64,000 nt of DNA. It comes from an uncultured Candidatus Actinomarina sp. (GTDB lineage Bacteria > Actinomycetota > Acidimicrobiia > Actinomarinales > Actinomarinaceae). The DNA lies in the NCBI GenBank assembly GCA_902610815.1, contig CACLXG010000001.1:341573-405572 (forward strand), read 5' to 3'. Position 1 is the first letter of the stretch. Every line of letters begins with the position of its first letter. Made by a program: the position numbers and the translations under genes. The notes under the pieces were generated by a model. That model had not been told where the DNA came from and made no database searches. It was given only the letters and a program-made list of their open reading frames with translations. This document shows, in pieces, positions 19,553 through 29,618 of this stretch.

Positions 19553-21214
19553 TTAATTTGTAACTGCTCCAGTGTCTGATCCACTGACTAGCTTAGAGTA
19601 TTTATGGAGTACACCAGATTTATAACGAGGTTCTGGAAGGGTTAATAAGGCAAATCGTTTTTCCATTTCCTCTTCAGTTATTATAAGGTCTAGAGTTCTA
19701 TTTGAAATATCTAGGCTTATAATATCTCCATCTTTACATATTGATATTGGACCTTTTTCAAAACTTTCTGGAGCAACATGTCCAATACATAAACCTGTTG
19801 TTCCACCTGAAAATCTTCCATCTGTAATTAACAATACGTCTTTACCAAGGCCAGCACCTTTTATAGCTGCTGTTATTTGTAACATCTCTCTCATTCCAGG
19901 ACCTCCCCTAGGCCCCTCATTACGAATAACAACAACTTGTCCTTTTTCTATATCACCATTAAAAAGTGCATCAAGAGCATCTTGTTCACTATCAAATACA
20001 TTTGCAGGGCCGGAGAAATTGTTTATATTTATTCCAGCAGTCTTTACAACTGAACCTTTTGTAGAAAGGCTTCCTTTTAATACTGCTATCCCACCTTCAT
20101 TAGAAATAGGATTTTCTGGAAAACTTATTACATCTTGATTTTTTGGAATTTCAACATTCTCTAAATTTTCACCAACTGTTTTACCAGTAACAGTCCTACA
20201 TTCTGGATTTATAAGACCGTTTTCTAATAAAATTTTTGAAACAACGGGAACTCCCCCAATTTTATCTAAGTCAACCATATGAAATTTTCCGAACGGTTTC
20301 ATATCTGCAAGATGAGGAACATTTCTACTTAGTTCATCAAATGTCTCTAAACTTAGAGACATTTTAGACTCATGAGCAATTGCAAGTAGGTGAAGAACAG
20401 CGTTTGTGCTTCCTCCTAAAGCTAACACAGTAGTAATTGCATTGATAAAGGCCTCTTTTGTCATTATGTCTCTTGGTTTGATATCATTTTTTAATAAATA
20501 ATTTAATTGTTTTCCTGATTCTTCAGCTGCAACTCGAAGTCTGCTGTCTTCAGCTGGTATTGAAGCTGTACCTGGTAAGCTCATTCCAATTGCCTCACCA
20601 ACCGACGCCATAGTATTAGCAGTGAACATTCCGGCACATGATCCAACACCTGGGCACGCTGCACACTCTATTTCATATAAATCTTCTTTTGTAATCATTC
20701 CTTTTTCATATGCACCAATGCCTTCAAAAACATCAACAATTGATATATCTTTTCCTTTATAAACCCCTGGTAAGCTACTTCCTCCATATAGAAATATCGC
20801 AGGTCTATTTATTCTGCCAGCTGCCATCAACATTCCAGGTAGTGACTTATCACAACCAGCAATTGTTACCATCCCATCAAATCGTTCTGCATGCATTACA
20901 AGCTCTACTGAGTCCGCAATAACTTCTCTTGAGACAAGAGACGCTCTCATGCCTTCGTGCCCCATTGATATTCCATCTGAAACTGCAATAGTTGAAAAAA
21001 TTAGTCCGGCAGAATCAGGACCATTAACACCAACTTTTGCATATTCAGATAATTCAGGTCCAGTTAAATTACAAGGTGTTACTTCATTACCTGCTGAGAC
21101 AATTCCTACTTGAAATTTATTAAAATCATCATCTTTTAACCCTACTGCACGAAGCATAGCACGAGCGGCAGATTTACTTACACCTTGTGTTACGTCATCA
21201 GATATTTTTGCCAT
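19553..21214 (-). CDS. ilvD: Dihydroxy-acid dehydratase
   Basis: 553 aa with the ILVD/EDD signatures [12 protein letters not shown] and [15 protein letters not shown]. Confidence 0.9.
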   Translation of the reverse strand: MAKISDDVTQGVSKSAARAMLRAVGLKDDDFNKFQVGIVSAGNEVTPCNLTGPELSEYAKVGVNGPDSAGLIFSTIAVSDGISMGHEGMRASLVSREVIADSVELVMHAERFDGMVTIAGCDKSLPGMLMAAGRINRPAIFLYGGSSLPGVYKGKDISIVDVFEGIGAYEKGMITKEDLYEIECAACPGVGSCAGMFTANTMASVGEAIGMSLPGTASIPAEDSRLRVAAEESGKQLNYLLKNDIKPRDIMTKEAFINAITTVLALGGSTNAVLHLLAIAHESKMSLSLETFDELSRNVPHLADMKPFGKFHMVDLDKIGGVPVVSKILLENGLINPECRTVTGKTVGENLENVEIPKNQDVISFPENPISNEGGIAVLKGSLSTKGSVVKTAGININNFSGPANVFDSEQDALDALFNGDIEKGQVVVIRNEGPRGGPGMREMLQITAAIKGAGLGKDVLLITDGRFSGGTTGLCIGHVAPESFEKGPISICKDGDIISLDISNRTLDLIITEEEMEKRFALLTLPEPRYKSGVLHKYSKLVSGSDTGAVTN

Positions 21215-21228
21215 AGAATAAGAATAGA

Positions 21229-22338
21229 TTATTTAGACAATGAAATCATTTCTTTTAATTTTTCATATTCTTCAATAATCGTGTTATCTTCAGAGTCAAA
21301 TGAGTTAATGAAATTTTGATATATATTATTATCACCAATTTTAAAGAGTGCCCACAAAATATACATTTTTAAATGTGATGAACTTTCGGGATAAATCTGC
21401 TCTAAAAATCTTAAAGTATTTTGATCGGGATTGTTACCAAGCGCAATAATTGCATTTCTTTTAAGGTATTCAGCATTTCTTTTTGGAATATAAAACCAAT
21501 AGAACATTTCATTTAGTTTTTCGTTATCTTCTCTAATAATTTCCTCAAGTTTAACTTGTTGGTTTTTGTTAAATATAACTACATTATTATTTTCTTGCCC
21601 AGGCGGACAAGAAGTAAGGCAGTCGTCACAACCATAAAATTTATTTCCTATTGCATTGCGCATTTCATATGGAATAAATTCAGGTGACTGAAGCCAGTAA
21701 GATATACACTTATTTGAATCAAGTTTGTATTCACTATTTAATGCGCCAGTTGGACAAGATATCTGACACAGATTGCACTCACCACAGGAATAGTTTGTAT
21801 TTTCACTTTCTTCAAATCTATGGTCTACATATATAGTTGCTAGTAATTGCCAAGGTCCTGAGCCTGGTGTTAACATCATTGTACTTTTGCCTTGCCATCC
21901 CAAACCAGATGATACAAAAAAAGTTCTGTCGTAATGATTAGGGTTATCAATAAAGGATTTAAATTTAATATTTAATTTTTCAAAAACTTGTTCAATTTCG
22001 ATAATTTTGTTTTTTAAAGGTAAATAATAATCTTTTTCTGCAAACCTAGCGATTTGACCATGGCCGGGAGAGGTCAGCATGGATGGTTGTGTTTTGTTTT
22101 TGTAGTTGTAAGTAATCAAAATTGCAGATTTTGCCCAGTTAAACTTATCACCTAAGCCTGAATATTCCGGATTTGAAAAAGTAAACTTCATATTTGCATG
22201 AAGTTGATTACTTTTTATTTCACTAATTTCTTCTCCAAAATTTATTTTTGAAGGTAAATTAGTAACTCCTAAATTAAAATTTGAAGAAAAATTTAAATTA
22301 TTTTCTTCAAAAAAATTTATAACATTTATATCTTTCAT
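21229..22338 (-). CDS. queG: tRNA epoxyqueuosine reductase QueG-like (4Fe-4S plus HEAT)
   Basis: 369 aa with two ferredoxin-type clusters ([14 protein letters not shown] and [11 protein letters not shown]) followed by a C-terminal HEAT-like segment ([10 protein letters not shown]). Confidence 0.6.
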   Translation of the reverse strand: MKDINVINFFEENNLNFSSNFNLGVTNLPSKINFGEEISEIKSNQLHANMKFTFSNPEYSGLGDKFNWAKSAILITYNYKNKTQPSMLTSPGHGQIARFAEKDYYLPLKNKIIEIEQVFEKLNIKFKSFIDNPNHYDRTFFVSSGLGWQGKSTMMLTPGSGPWQLLATIYVDHRFEESENTNYSCGECNLCQISCPTGALNSEYKLDSNKCISYWLQSPEFIPYEMRNAIGNKFYGCDDCLTSCPPGQENNNVVIFNKNQQVKLEEIIREDNEKLNEMFYWFYIPKRNAEYLKRNAIIALGNNPDQNTLRFLEQIYPESSSHLKMYILWALFKIGDNNIYQNFINSFDSEDNTIIEEYEKLKEMISLSK

Positions 22339-22368
22339 TTTTTTAAGGTTTTACTATAGTTATTCTAA

Positions 22369-22419
22369 ATGAAAAATTTAATTGTAGTCATTTCAGAATT
22401 AGTGCTTTTACTTAATTAG
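22369..22419 (+). CDS. ilv leader peptide (16 aa, MKNLIVVISELVLLLN)
   Basis: Short ORF in the ilvB 5' leader. 10 of its 16 residues are Ile/Val/Leu. Its stop codon abuts a hairpin and lies 25 nt upstream of an intrinsic terminator. Confidence 0.55.
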   Translation: MKNLIVVISELVLLLN

Positions 22420-22441
22420 CGCTCATTTTGCTTTGATGAGC

Positions 22442-22468
22442 GCCTCCCAAAAAGGGAGGCTTTTTTTT
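22442..22468 (+). terminator. Rho-independent terminator (attenuator) in the ilvB leader
   Basis: Stem gcctccc / loop aaaaa / stem gggaggc, followed by T8 (22461..22468) on the plus strand. No upstream plus-strand gene ends here, because queG is divergent. The structure lies 18 nt before the ilvB ATG. Confidence 0.7.
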
Positions 22469-22485
22469 GGAGATATAAAAAGAAA

Positions 22486-24198
22486 ATGACAAAAGAACAA
22501 TTGACTGGCGCAGAACTTGTAATAAGGGGTCTAGAATATCTCAATGTATCAACTGTTTTTGGTGTACCAGGTGGTGCAATTTTACCAGCCTATGATCCAC
22601 TATACGATAGTCCTATTAGGCATATATTGGCTAGACATGAGCAAGGTGCTGGACATATGGCAGAAGGTTATGCTCAAGCAACTGGTGAGCTTGGTGTTGT
22701 AATAGCTACTTCTGGCCCTGGAGCAACAAACTTAATTACACCATTGGCTAATGCTTTAATGGACTCTACTCCTCTTCTAGCGATTACCGGACAAGTTGCC
22801 TCTACTGCAATAGGTAATGATGCTTTTCAAGAAGCTTATACTGTAGGTCTTTCAATGGCAGCTACTAAACACAACTACCTAATCACAGATGCTTCAGAGA
22901 TTCCACAGGTTTTAAAGGAAGCAAAATTTATTGCTACTACTGGTAGACCTGGTCCGGTTTTGGTTGATATACCAAAGGATATTTTAAACCAAATAGCTGC
23001 TTGGGTTGAGCCCGGTGATCTTGATTTACCTGGTTACAAGCCTACAACAGAGCCAAATCCAAAAATGGTTCAACAAGCTTCTGCTTTAATAAAAAAATCA
23101 AAGAAGCCAATTCTTTATGTGGGTGGAGGAATTATTCATTCAAAAGCTAATAATGAACTTTTTGAACTAGCTACTAAATTTAGTATACCTGTTGTTACAA
23201 CTCTGATGGGAAGAGGTGCTTTTCCTGATGGTCATGAATTGTGTCTTGAAATGCCTGGTATGCATGGAAATTATACAGCTACTACTTCAATTCAAAATGC
23301 TGACTTGTTAATTGCAATAGGTGTAAGGTTTGATGATAGAGTTACTGCAAATCCGTCATTTTTTGCTCAAAATGCAAAAGTTATTCATGCTGATATTGAT
23401 CCAGCAGAAATTGGAAAAGTCCGTGATGCACAAGTTCCTATTGTAGGTGATGCAAAAAGTGTCATTAAAGGACTTATTGAAGCTTTGGGAGATGAAAAAT
23501 TAGAAACTGAAAATTGGGTTTCAGAACTTAAAGATATGAAGACTGAATTTCCTTTGTCTTATAAACAAGAAGAAAAAGGCCCTCTTAAAGTTCCCTATGT
23601 TCTAGAAGAACTTCAAAAGTTAACTAAAGAAGAAGCAATTGTAGTTGCTGGTGTTGGTCAACATCAAATGTGGGTATCACAGCATTGGAACTTTACTGAA
23701 CCAAATACCTGGTTAAATTCTGGCGGATTAGGCACTATGGGTTATGCATTACCCGCTGCAATTGGAGCAAAAACAGCTTATCCTGAAAAACTAGTTTTAG
23801 CTTTAGACGGTGATGGCTGTTTTCAAATGACATGTCAAGAATTAATCACTGCCTCAACAGAAAATATACCAATCAAAATTGTGGTGTTTAACAATGGAAA
23901 CCACGGTATGGTTCGTCAGTGGCAAAAGATTTTTTACAATAGTAAGTTTTCAGCTTCTGAGCTAACACATGACACACCAGATTATCTTAAACTAGCTGAA
24001 TCTATGGGCGCAGTTGGCTTAAGAATGATGGAAAAGTCTGATATAGAAAAAGTGTTTAACAAAATGTTAGAAATCAATGATAGACCAGTTTTAGTTGATT
24101 GTGTTGTGGATCCAGATGATATGGTATTTCCTATGGTGCCTGCTGGTGGGAGCAACGATCAAATCATTATGAATGAAGAGGATCTTAAAAACTTATGA
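22486..24198 (+). CDS. ilvB: Acetolactate synthase large subunit
   Basis: 570 aa thiamine-diphosphate enzyme with N-terminal GAELVIRGLEYLNVSTVFGVPGGAILP and the TPP-binding GDGCFQM...NNGNHGMV motif. Confidence 0.9.
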   Translation: MTKEQLTGAELVIRGLEYLNVSTVFGVPGGAILPAYDPLYDSPIRHILARHEQGAGHMAEGYAQATGELGVVIATSGPGATNLITPLANALMDSTPLLAITGQVASTAIGNDAFQEAYTVGLSMAATKHNYLITDASEIPQVLKEAKFIATTGRPGPVLVDIPKDILNQIAAWVEPGDLDLPGYKPTTEPNPKMVQQASALIKKSKKPILYVGGGIIHSKANNELFELATKFSIPVVTTLMGRGAFPDGHELCLEMPGMHGNYTATTSIQNADLLIAIGVRFDDRVTANPSFFAQNAKVIHADIDPAEIGKVRDAQVPIVGDAKSVIKGLIEALGDEKLETENWVSELKDMKTEFPLSYKQEEKGPLKVPYVLEELQKLTKEEAIVVAGVGQHQMWVSQHWNFTEPNTWLNSGGLGTMGYALPAAIGAKTAYPEKLVLALDGDGCFQMTCQELITASTENIPIKIVVFNNGNHGMVRQWQKIFYNSKFSASELTHDTPDYLKLAESMGAVGLRMMEKSDIEKVFNKMLEINDRPVLVDCVVDPDDMVFPMVPAGGSNDQIIMNEEDLKNL

Positions 24199-24668
24199 GC
24201 GAGAGAATTTTGTCAATATTAGTTGAAGACAAACCTGGTGTTTTAGCTAGAGTATCGTCCACTATATCAAGGAGAGGCTTCAATATAAATTCTTTATCGG
24301 TTGGTCCAACAAATATTGAGGGAAGATCAAAAATGACAATTGTTACTGAATTAGATGCTGTTGAACAAGTAAAAAAGCAGTTAAATAAACTAGTAAATGT
24401 CATAAAAATAGTTGAACTTGATCCAAACATGACAATAGAAACTGAAGTTTTACTATTAAAAGTTTCGATAAATAAAGATTCTCAAACATCCGTTATAGAG
24501 AAAGCATCACTATCAAACGCAACTTCAGTAGATGTAGGGCAAGATTTTGCTATTTTTGAGTTAACAGGTTCATCAAAAGATTTAGATAAATTTGAATCTT
24601 TAATGAAACCATTTGGAATCATTGAAATGGTTAGGGGTGGAAGAATAGCTATACAGTCTAATCTATAA
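24195..24668 (+). CDS. ilvN: Acetolactate synthase small (regulatory) subunit
   Basis: 157 aa with an N-terminal ACT domain (ILSILVEDKPGVLARVSSTISRRGFNINSLSV). Overlaps ilvB by 4 nt. Confidence 0.85.
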   Translation: MSERILSILVEDKPGVLARVSSTISRRGFNINSLSVGPTNIEGRSKMTIVTELDAVEQVKKQLNKLVNVIKIVELDPNMTIETEVLLLKVSINKDSQTSVIEKASLSNATSVDVGQDFAIFELTGSSKDLDKFESLMKPFGIIEMVRGGRIAIQSNL

Positions 24669-24679
24669 GGAGACAAGAT

Positions 24680-25696
24680 ATGGAAAATAAAATAATATAT
24701 GACTCATCAATAGATCAAGAATTGATAAAGTCTATGAAAGTGGCGGTGATTGGTTTTGGTAGCCAAGGACACGCACACTCACTTAATCTACACGAGTCCG
24801 GTGTTGATATTACTGTTGGCCTAAGAGAAGATTCTGAATCCTTTAAAAGAGCTGAAGATATGGGTCTCAATGTAGCAAATCTTGAAGAAGCAACAAAGAA
24901 TGCCGATGTAGTCATGTTGTTGTTGCCTGACCAAATTATGGCAGATATATATAATGATCAAATTGCAAATCATATGAAAGAAGGTGCCACTCTTTTATTT
25001 GCTCATGGCTTTAATATCCACTTCAACGAAATTGTACCAAGAGAAGATTTATCTGTAGCAATGGTTGCTCCAAAAGGACCTGGGCATCTTTTAAGAAGAA
25101 CTTATTCTGAAGGAAGTGGTATGCCCTGTCTTGTTGCTGTACATAAAGATGCATCGGGAAGTACTGAAGATTTAGCTATGTCATATGCATCAGCAATTGG
25201 CGGTGGAAGGGCTGGAATATTAAGAACTACTTTCAAAGAAGAAACTGAAACTGATTTATTTGGGGAGCAAGTTGTTTTATGTGGTGGATTAACGGAGTTA
25301 ATTAGAAATGGATTTGAAACTCTAGTAGAAGCTGGTTATCAGCCAGAAAGTGCTTACTTTGAAACACTTCATGAAGTTAAATTGATTGTTGATTTAATGT
25401 ACGAAGGTGGATTTGAATGGATGAGACATTCAATTTCTGATACTGCAGAGTATGGAGATTTTTCTAGAGGTTCAAGAATAATAACATCTGAAACAAAAGA
25501 AGAGATGAAAAAAGTACTTGATGAGATTCAGTCAGGTGCATTTGCTAAAGAATGGATGTCACAGGCTAGAGAAGGTTCTCCTTTCTTAAATGAGAAAAGA
25601 GCAGAAGCTTCAAAACATCAACTTGAAGAAGTTGGAAAAGGGTTAAGAGAGATGATGCCGTTTCTAAATGCTAAGGATGTAAAAAAAGATAAATGA
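24680..25696 (+). CDS. ilvC: Ketol-acid reductoisomerase (class I)
   Basis: 338 aa with the Rossmann motif VAVIGFGSQGHAHSLNL and KARI signature regions. Confidence 0.9.
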   Translation: MENKIIYDSSIDQELIKSMKVAVIGFGSQGHAHSLNLHESGVDITVGLREDSESFKRAEDMGLNVANLEEATKNADVVMLLLPDQIMADIYNDQIANHMKEGATLLFAHGFNIHFNEIVPREDLSVAMVAPKGPGHLLRRTYSEGSGMPCLVAVHKDASGSTEDLAMSYASAIGGGRAGILRTTFKEETETDLFGEQVVLCGGLTELIRNGFETLVEAGYQPESAYFETLHEVKLIVDLMYEGGFEWMRHSISDTAEYGDFSRGSRIITSETKEEMKKVLDEIQSGAFAKEWMSQAREGSPFLNEKRAEASKHQLEEVGKGLREMMPFLNAKDVKKDK

Positions 25697-27183
25697 GCGA
25701 CGATAAATTAGTCATATTTGACACAACTCTGAGAGATGGAGAACAAAGTCCTGGTATTGCACTTACCCCATCAGAAAAATTATTAATTGCTCAACAACTT
25801 GAAAAATTGAAAGTAGATGTTATTGAGGCGGGTTTTGCTGCTTCATCTCCTGGAGATTGGGAGGGTGTTAATTTAATTGCAAAAAATATAAAGAATTCAA
25901 CCATAGCATCTCTCGCAAGGTGTCATCCAGATGATATTGAACAAGCCTGGGAGGCAATAAAAGTAGCTAAAGACTCCCGAATACATGTTTTTACATCAAC
26001 TTCACAAATACATATGGAACATATGCTAAGAAAGTCGAAAGAAGAGGTATTAAAAGACGCTAAAGAATCTGTTAGGTATGCAAAAAAATTATGTGAAAAT
26101 ATTGAATTCTCCGCACAAGATGCAACTAGAACTGATAAAGATTTTTTAATTGAAGTATTAAAAGTTGCTGTAGAAGAGGGTGCAACAACAATTAATGTTC
26201 CTGATACTGTAGGCTATGCAACACCACAAGATTATTTAGACCTTCTTAAAGCAGTTTATGAAGAAGTTAAAGGGCGAAATGATGATGTCATTATTTCAAC
26301 ACACTGTCACAATGACCTTGGGTTAGCTGTAGCTAACTCACTAACAGCAATAACAGCTGGTGCTAGACAAATTGAAGGTGCAATTAATGGAATTGGGGAA
26401 CGTGCAGGTAATACGTCGACAGAAGAAATAATAATGGCTGTAAAAACCCGTCAAGATCAGTTCGGAGTTGAAATTCAAGCTGAAACTCAAGAAATTTTTG
26501 AAACTTCAAGATTAGTTTCAAAACTAACTGGATATCCTGTTCAATATAATAAAGCAGTCGTCGGTAAAAATGCTTTTAGCCACGAATCAGGAATTCATCA
26601 ACATGGATATTTAAGAAATACAACTACTTATGAAATAATGTCACCTGACTCAGTTGGTCAAGAAGCAAAAATTATACTTGGTAAGCATTCTGGTAGAGCC
26701 GGATTTAAAGATGCTCTTGATAAGTTAGGTATATCTTTAAATAATGATGCATTCAATAATGCTTTTGATACATTTAAAAAGATTGCAGATAGAAAAGGTG
26801 AAATTGTAGAAAATGAACTCAGAGCAATTGTCGGACAGGTAGAATCAAGTAGCGATAGTCCAAAACTTGTGTCTGTATCTGTCAACAGCAAAGATGAATT
26901 TGCTTCTGCAAGCGTTACACTAAAAGTTGGAAATGACGAAATAACAGAAGAGGCAACCGGAGATGGAATGATACATGCTGCATTTACTGCAGTTAAGTCA
27001 ATCCTCAAATCAGACGCTACGTTAATTGATTATAGAGTTGAGAGTATTACGAAAGGTGCTGACGCAACAGCTGAAATTGTAACAATAATTAATGATGGTC
27101 ACCTAATGAAGCAAGGAAGAGCTGTTTCTACTGATGTTGTTCAGGGTTCGGTAGAATCCTTTTTGAATGCATTGAACAAATGA
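25693..27183 (+). CDS. leuA: 2-isopropylmalate synthase / (R)-citramalate synthase family (short form)
   Basis: 496 aa with the N-terminal LRDGEQSPG motif, HCHNDLGLAVANS and a C-terminal LeuA-dimer regulatory domain. On sequence alone it could be CimA. Confidence 0.8.
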   Translation: MSDDKLVIFDTTLRDGEQSPGIALTPSEKLLIAQQLEKLKVDVIEAGFAASSPGDWEGVNLIAKNIKNSTIASLARCHPDDIEQAWEAIKVAKDSRIHVFTSTSQIHMEHMLRKSKEEVLKDAKESVRYAKKLCENIEFSAQDATRTDKDFLIEVLKVAVEEGATTINVPDTVGYATPQDYLDLLKAVYEEVKGRNDDVIISTHCHNDLGLAVANSLTAITAGARQIEGAINGIGERAGNTSTEEIIMAVKTRQDQFGVEIQAETQEIFETSRLVSKLTGYPVQYNKAVVGKNAFSHESGIHQHGYLRNTTTYEIMSPDSVGQEAKIILGKHSGRAGFKDALDKLGISLNNDAFNNAFDTFKKIADRKGEIVENELRAIVGQVESSSDSPKLVSVSVNSKDEFASASVTLKVGNDEITEEATGDGMIHAAFTAVKSILKSDATLIDYRVESITKGADATAEIVTIINDGHLMKQGRAVSTDVVQGSVESFLNALNK

Positions 27184-28247
27184 GCAAAGAATTTAACATT
27201 ACTTTATTACCTGGTGACGGAACTGGTCCTGAGGTTGTCAATGAAGCTGTCAAAGTACTTGAAAATACTTCTGAACAATACAAAATAAAATTTAATTTTC
27301 TTAACAATGATCTTGGTGGTGATAGATATTTAAGTAGTGGTGAACTTGTAACTGAAAAAGATATCGAACAATTCAAAAATTCTGACGCGGTTTTACTTGG
27401 AGCTATTGGCCATCCAGATGTAAAGCCTGGAATTCTAGAGCAAGGAATTCTTCTTAAATTGCGTAAAGAATTTGATCAGTATATTAATTTAAGACCTGTA
27501 GTTCTTTATCCAGGAGTGGAGACTCCCCTAGCAAATAAATCTCCCGAAGATATTAACTTCGTTGTTGTCAGAGAAAATACAGAAGGATTATATGCAGGTG
27601 CAGGAGGCTACATTCATTACGGAACAGAAAATGAAATTGCAACGCAAGAATCAATTAATTCATATTATGCAATTCACAGATGTATAAAATATGCTTTTGA
27701 ATATACAAAAAATAACAATCGTAAAAAAATTACTTTATGTGCAAAAACAAACGTACTTACTTATGCTCATGATTTATGGGAGAGAATTTTTTATGATGTT
27801 GCCAAAGATTATCCTGAAATAGAAACTGATTACGGTCATGTAGATGCTGTCTGTATGTGGATGGTGAAAAATCCTGAGTGGTTTGATGTTATAGTCACTG
27901 ACAATATGTTTGGTGACATTATTACTGATTTAGGTGCCATGATACAAGGTGGTATGGGTATTGCAGCTGGAGGTAATATTAATCCTGAAGGTGTATCTAT
28001 GTTTGAGCCAATAGGTGGCTCAGCACCAAAATATACAAATAAAAATGTTATCAATCCATTGGCATGCATCGGAGCAGCAGCAATGATGGTCAAACAACTT
28101 GGTGAGGAAAATTATGCAGAGGATATTGAAAAATCGATAATTGAAACTGCTATAAAGCTTGATTCCCTATCAGCTGGAAAAATGGGTATGTCCACTAGTG
28201 AAGTTGGTGACTCCATAGTCAATTACATGCAACAAGTTAATGACTAA
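27180..28247 (+). CDS. leuB: 3-isopropylmalate dehydrogenase
   Basis: 355 aa isocitrate/isopropylmalate dehydrogenase family with NMFGDIITD and GSAPKY motifs. Confidence 0.85.
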   Translation: MSKEFNITLLPGDGTGPEVVNEAVKVLENTSEQYKIKFNFLNNDLGGDRYLSSGELVTEKDIEQFKNSDAVLLGAIGHPDVKPGILEQGILLKLRKEFDQYINLRPVVLYPGVETPLANKSPEDINFVVVRENTEGLYAGAGGYIHYGTENEIATQESINSYYAIHRCIKYAFEYTKNNNRKKITLCAKTNVLTYAHDLWERIFYDVAKDYPEIETDYGHVDAVCMWMVKNPEWFDVIVTDNMFGDIITDLGAMIQGGMGIAAGGNINPEGVSMFEPIGGSAPKYTNKNVINPLACIGAAAMMVKQLGEENYAEDIEKSIIETAIKLDSLSAGKMGMSTSEVGDSIVNYMQQVND

Positions 28248-28845
28248 TGAAACAACTTATCTTGAGAATCTTTTAAATAACAGAAAAGTTGTTAGAAACT
28301 ATAAAAAAACTTCTTTAGAAGATACTAACTTAAAAAATATTTCAAAGTTTTCAATAAAAATTCCTACCGCAGGATTTTCTCGTGGAATAGAGATTCTAAA
28401 TACCTTTGATGTTGAAAAGATAAAAAACGTATCCAGAATCTTTAATGAGGATAATTTCATTAAAGATGGTAAATCTCCATGGATCTCAAACTCCTTAGCT
28501 TTATTTTTTATATTGGTTAACGAAGAGGCTTATCACCATAGATACTCAAAAAATGATAAAACAAACGCTGTAAACTCCAAAGATTGGGATGTGCCATATT
28601 GGTATGTTGATGCTGGTGCAGCAATGATGAATTGTATTTTACTTATAGAAGAAAAAGAGTTATCTTCAGGGTTTATGGGATTACATAATATCGATAGAAA
28701 AAAAATACATGAGGAATTTAAAATCCCAGATACTTATCAAATAATCGGAATGATTACTGCTGGAGTTGAAGATAGCAACACAGATATTTCTAAAAATAAA
28801 CATAATAAAAAGAAACTGATACATAATGAATTTTTCAGCAGATAA
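28240..28845 (+). CDS. Nitroreductase-family protein
   Basis: 201 aa with the RxxxRxY-type N-terminal motif (NNRKVVRNYKK) and a central DAGAAMMNCILLIEEKELSSGFMG segment resembling the nitroreductase fold. Confidence 0.45.
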   Translation: MTNETTYLENLLNNRKVVRNYKKTSLEDTNLKNISKFSIKIPTAGFSRGIEILNTFDVEKIKNVSRIFNEDNFIKDGKSPWISNSLALFFILVNEEAYHHRYSKNDKTNAVNSKDWDVPYWYVDAGAAMMNCILLIEEKELSSGFMGLHNIDRKKIHEEFKIPDTYQIIGMITAGVEDSNTDISKNKHNKKKLIHNEFFSR

Positions 28846-29617
28846 ACAAATAGATTCCCTCAATAATCCAGAGTATAAATTTTTAGTATCTCTTAAAAAA
28901 AACCGAAATAGAAAAACAAATAATAAATCTCTTGCAGAAGGATTTAGAGAATGTTACCAATTAATAGAATCAAGTTACGAAATAGATACTTTGTACTTTT
29001 GCAGTGATCTATTTATTGGAAATAATAATCAGAATCTTTTAGAAGAATATCGAAAATCAAATGTAAGAATAGTTGAGGTTTCAAAAAAAGTCTTCAATGC
29101 TATATCTTATAGGGATAGGCCAGATGGTTTTGTATCACTTTTTAATACAGAACATATTGGTATAACTTCTGAAATTAATGGTCCTATTTTGATACCTGAT
29201 CAAATAGAAAAACCTGGAAACTTAGGAACAATGATAAGAACGGCAAAGTCTTTTGGAATAAATAATGTTTTTCTTTCTGATGAAATTACAGATATTTTTA
29301 ATCCAAATGTCATCAGGTCTTCTATTGGACACTTATTTAATATGAATATTTCAAGTGGAACAAATAAAGAAATAATTGAATTACTAGAAACTAAAAAATA
29401 TCAAATTATATTACTAGACCCAGAAGGAGAAACTGCTTTAGAAAATTTTAAACCTGATGCAAACTTCGCACTTGTTGTTGGTGCTGAACAGTATGGCATT
29501 TCAGATGATTGGTTTGAATCTAATCACGTATCTTTAAGTATTCGATCAACAAATAATGTTGACTCACTTAATGCATCTACTGCTGCGGCTATCGGTATGT
29601 GGGAATTAACAAAATAA
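28826..29617 (+). CDS. TrmH/SpoU-family RNA 2'-O-methyltransferase
   Basis: 263 aa with the SPOUT motifs LLDPEGE...ALVVGAEQYGIS and SLNASTAAAIGMWEL. Confidence 0.75.
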   Translation: MNFSADKQIDSLNNPEYKFLVSLKKNRNRKTNNKSLAEGFRECYQLIESSYEIDTLYFCSDLFIGNNNQNLLEEYRKSNVRIVEVSKKVFNAISYRDRPDGFVSLFNTEHIGITSEINGPILIPDQIEKPGNLGTMIRTAKSFGINNVFLSDEITDIFNPNVIRSSIGHLFNMNISSGTNKEIIELLETKKYQIILLDPEGETALENFKPDANFALVVGAEQYGISDDWFESNHVSLSIRSTNNVDSLNASTAAAIGMWELTK

Positions 29618-29618
29618 A

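Noticed and set aside
22419-22443. The 8-bp hairpin gcgctcat/atgagcgc as an independent terminator
   Set aside because: It has no following T-tract. It is interpreted instead as the upstream (1:2) element of the ilv attenuator, overlapping the terminator base by 2-3 nt (22442..22443, marginally 22444).
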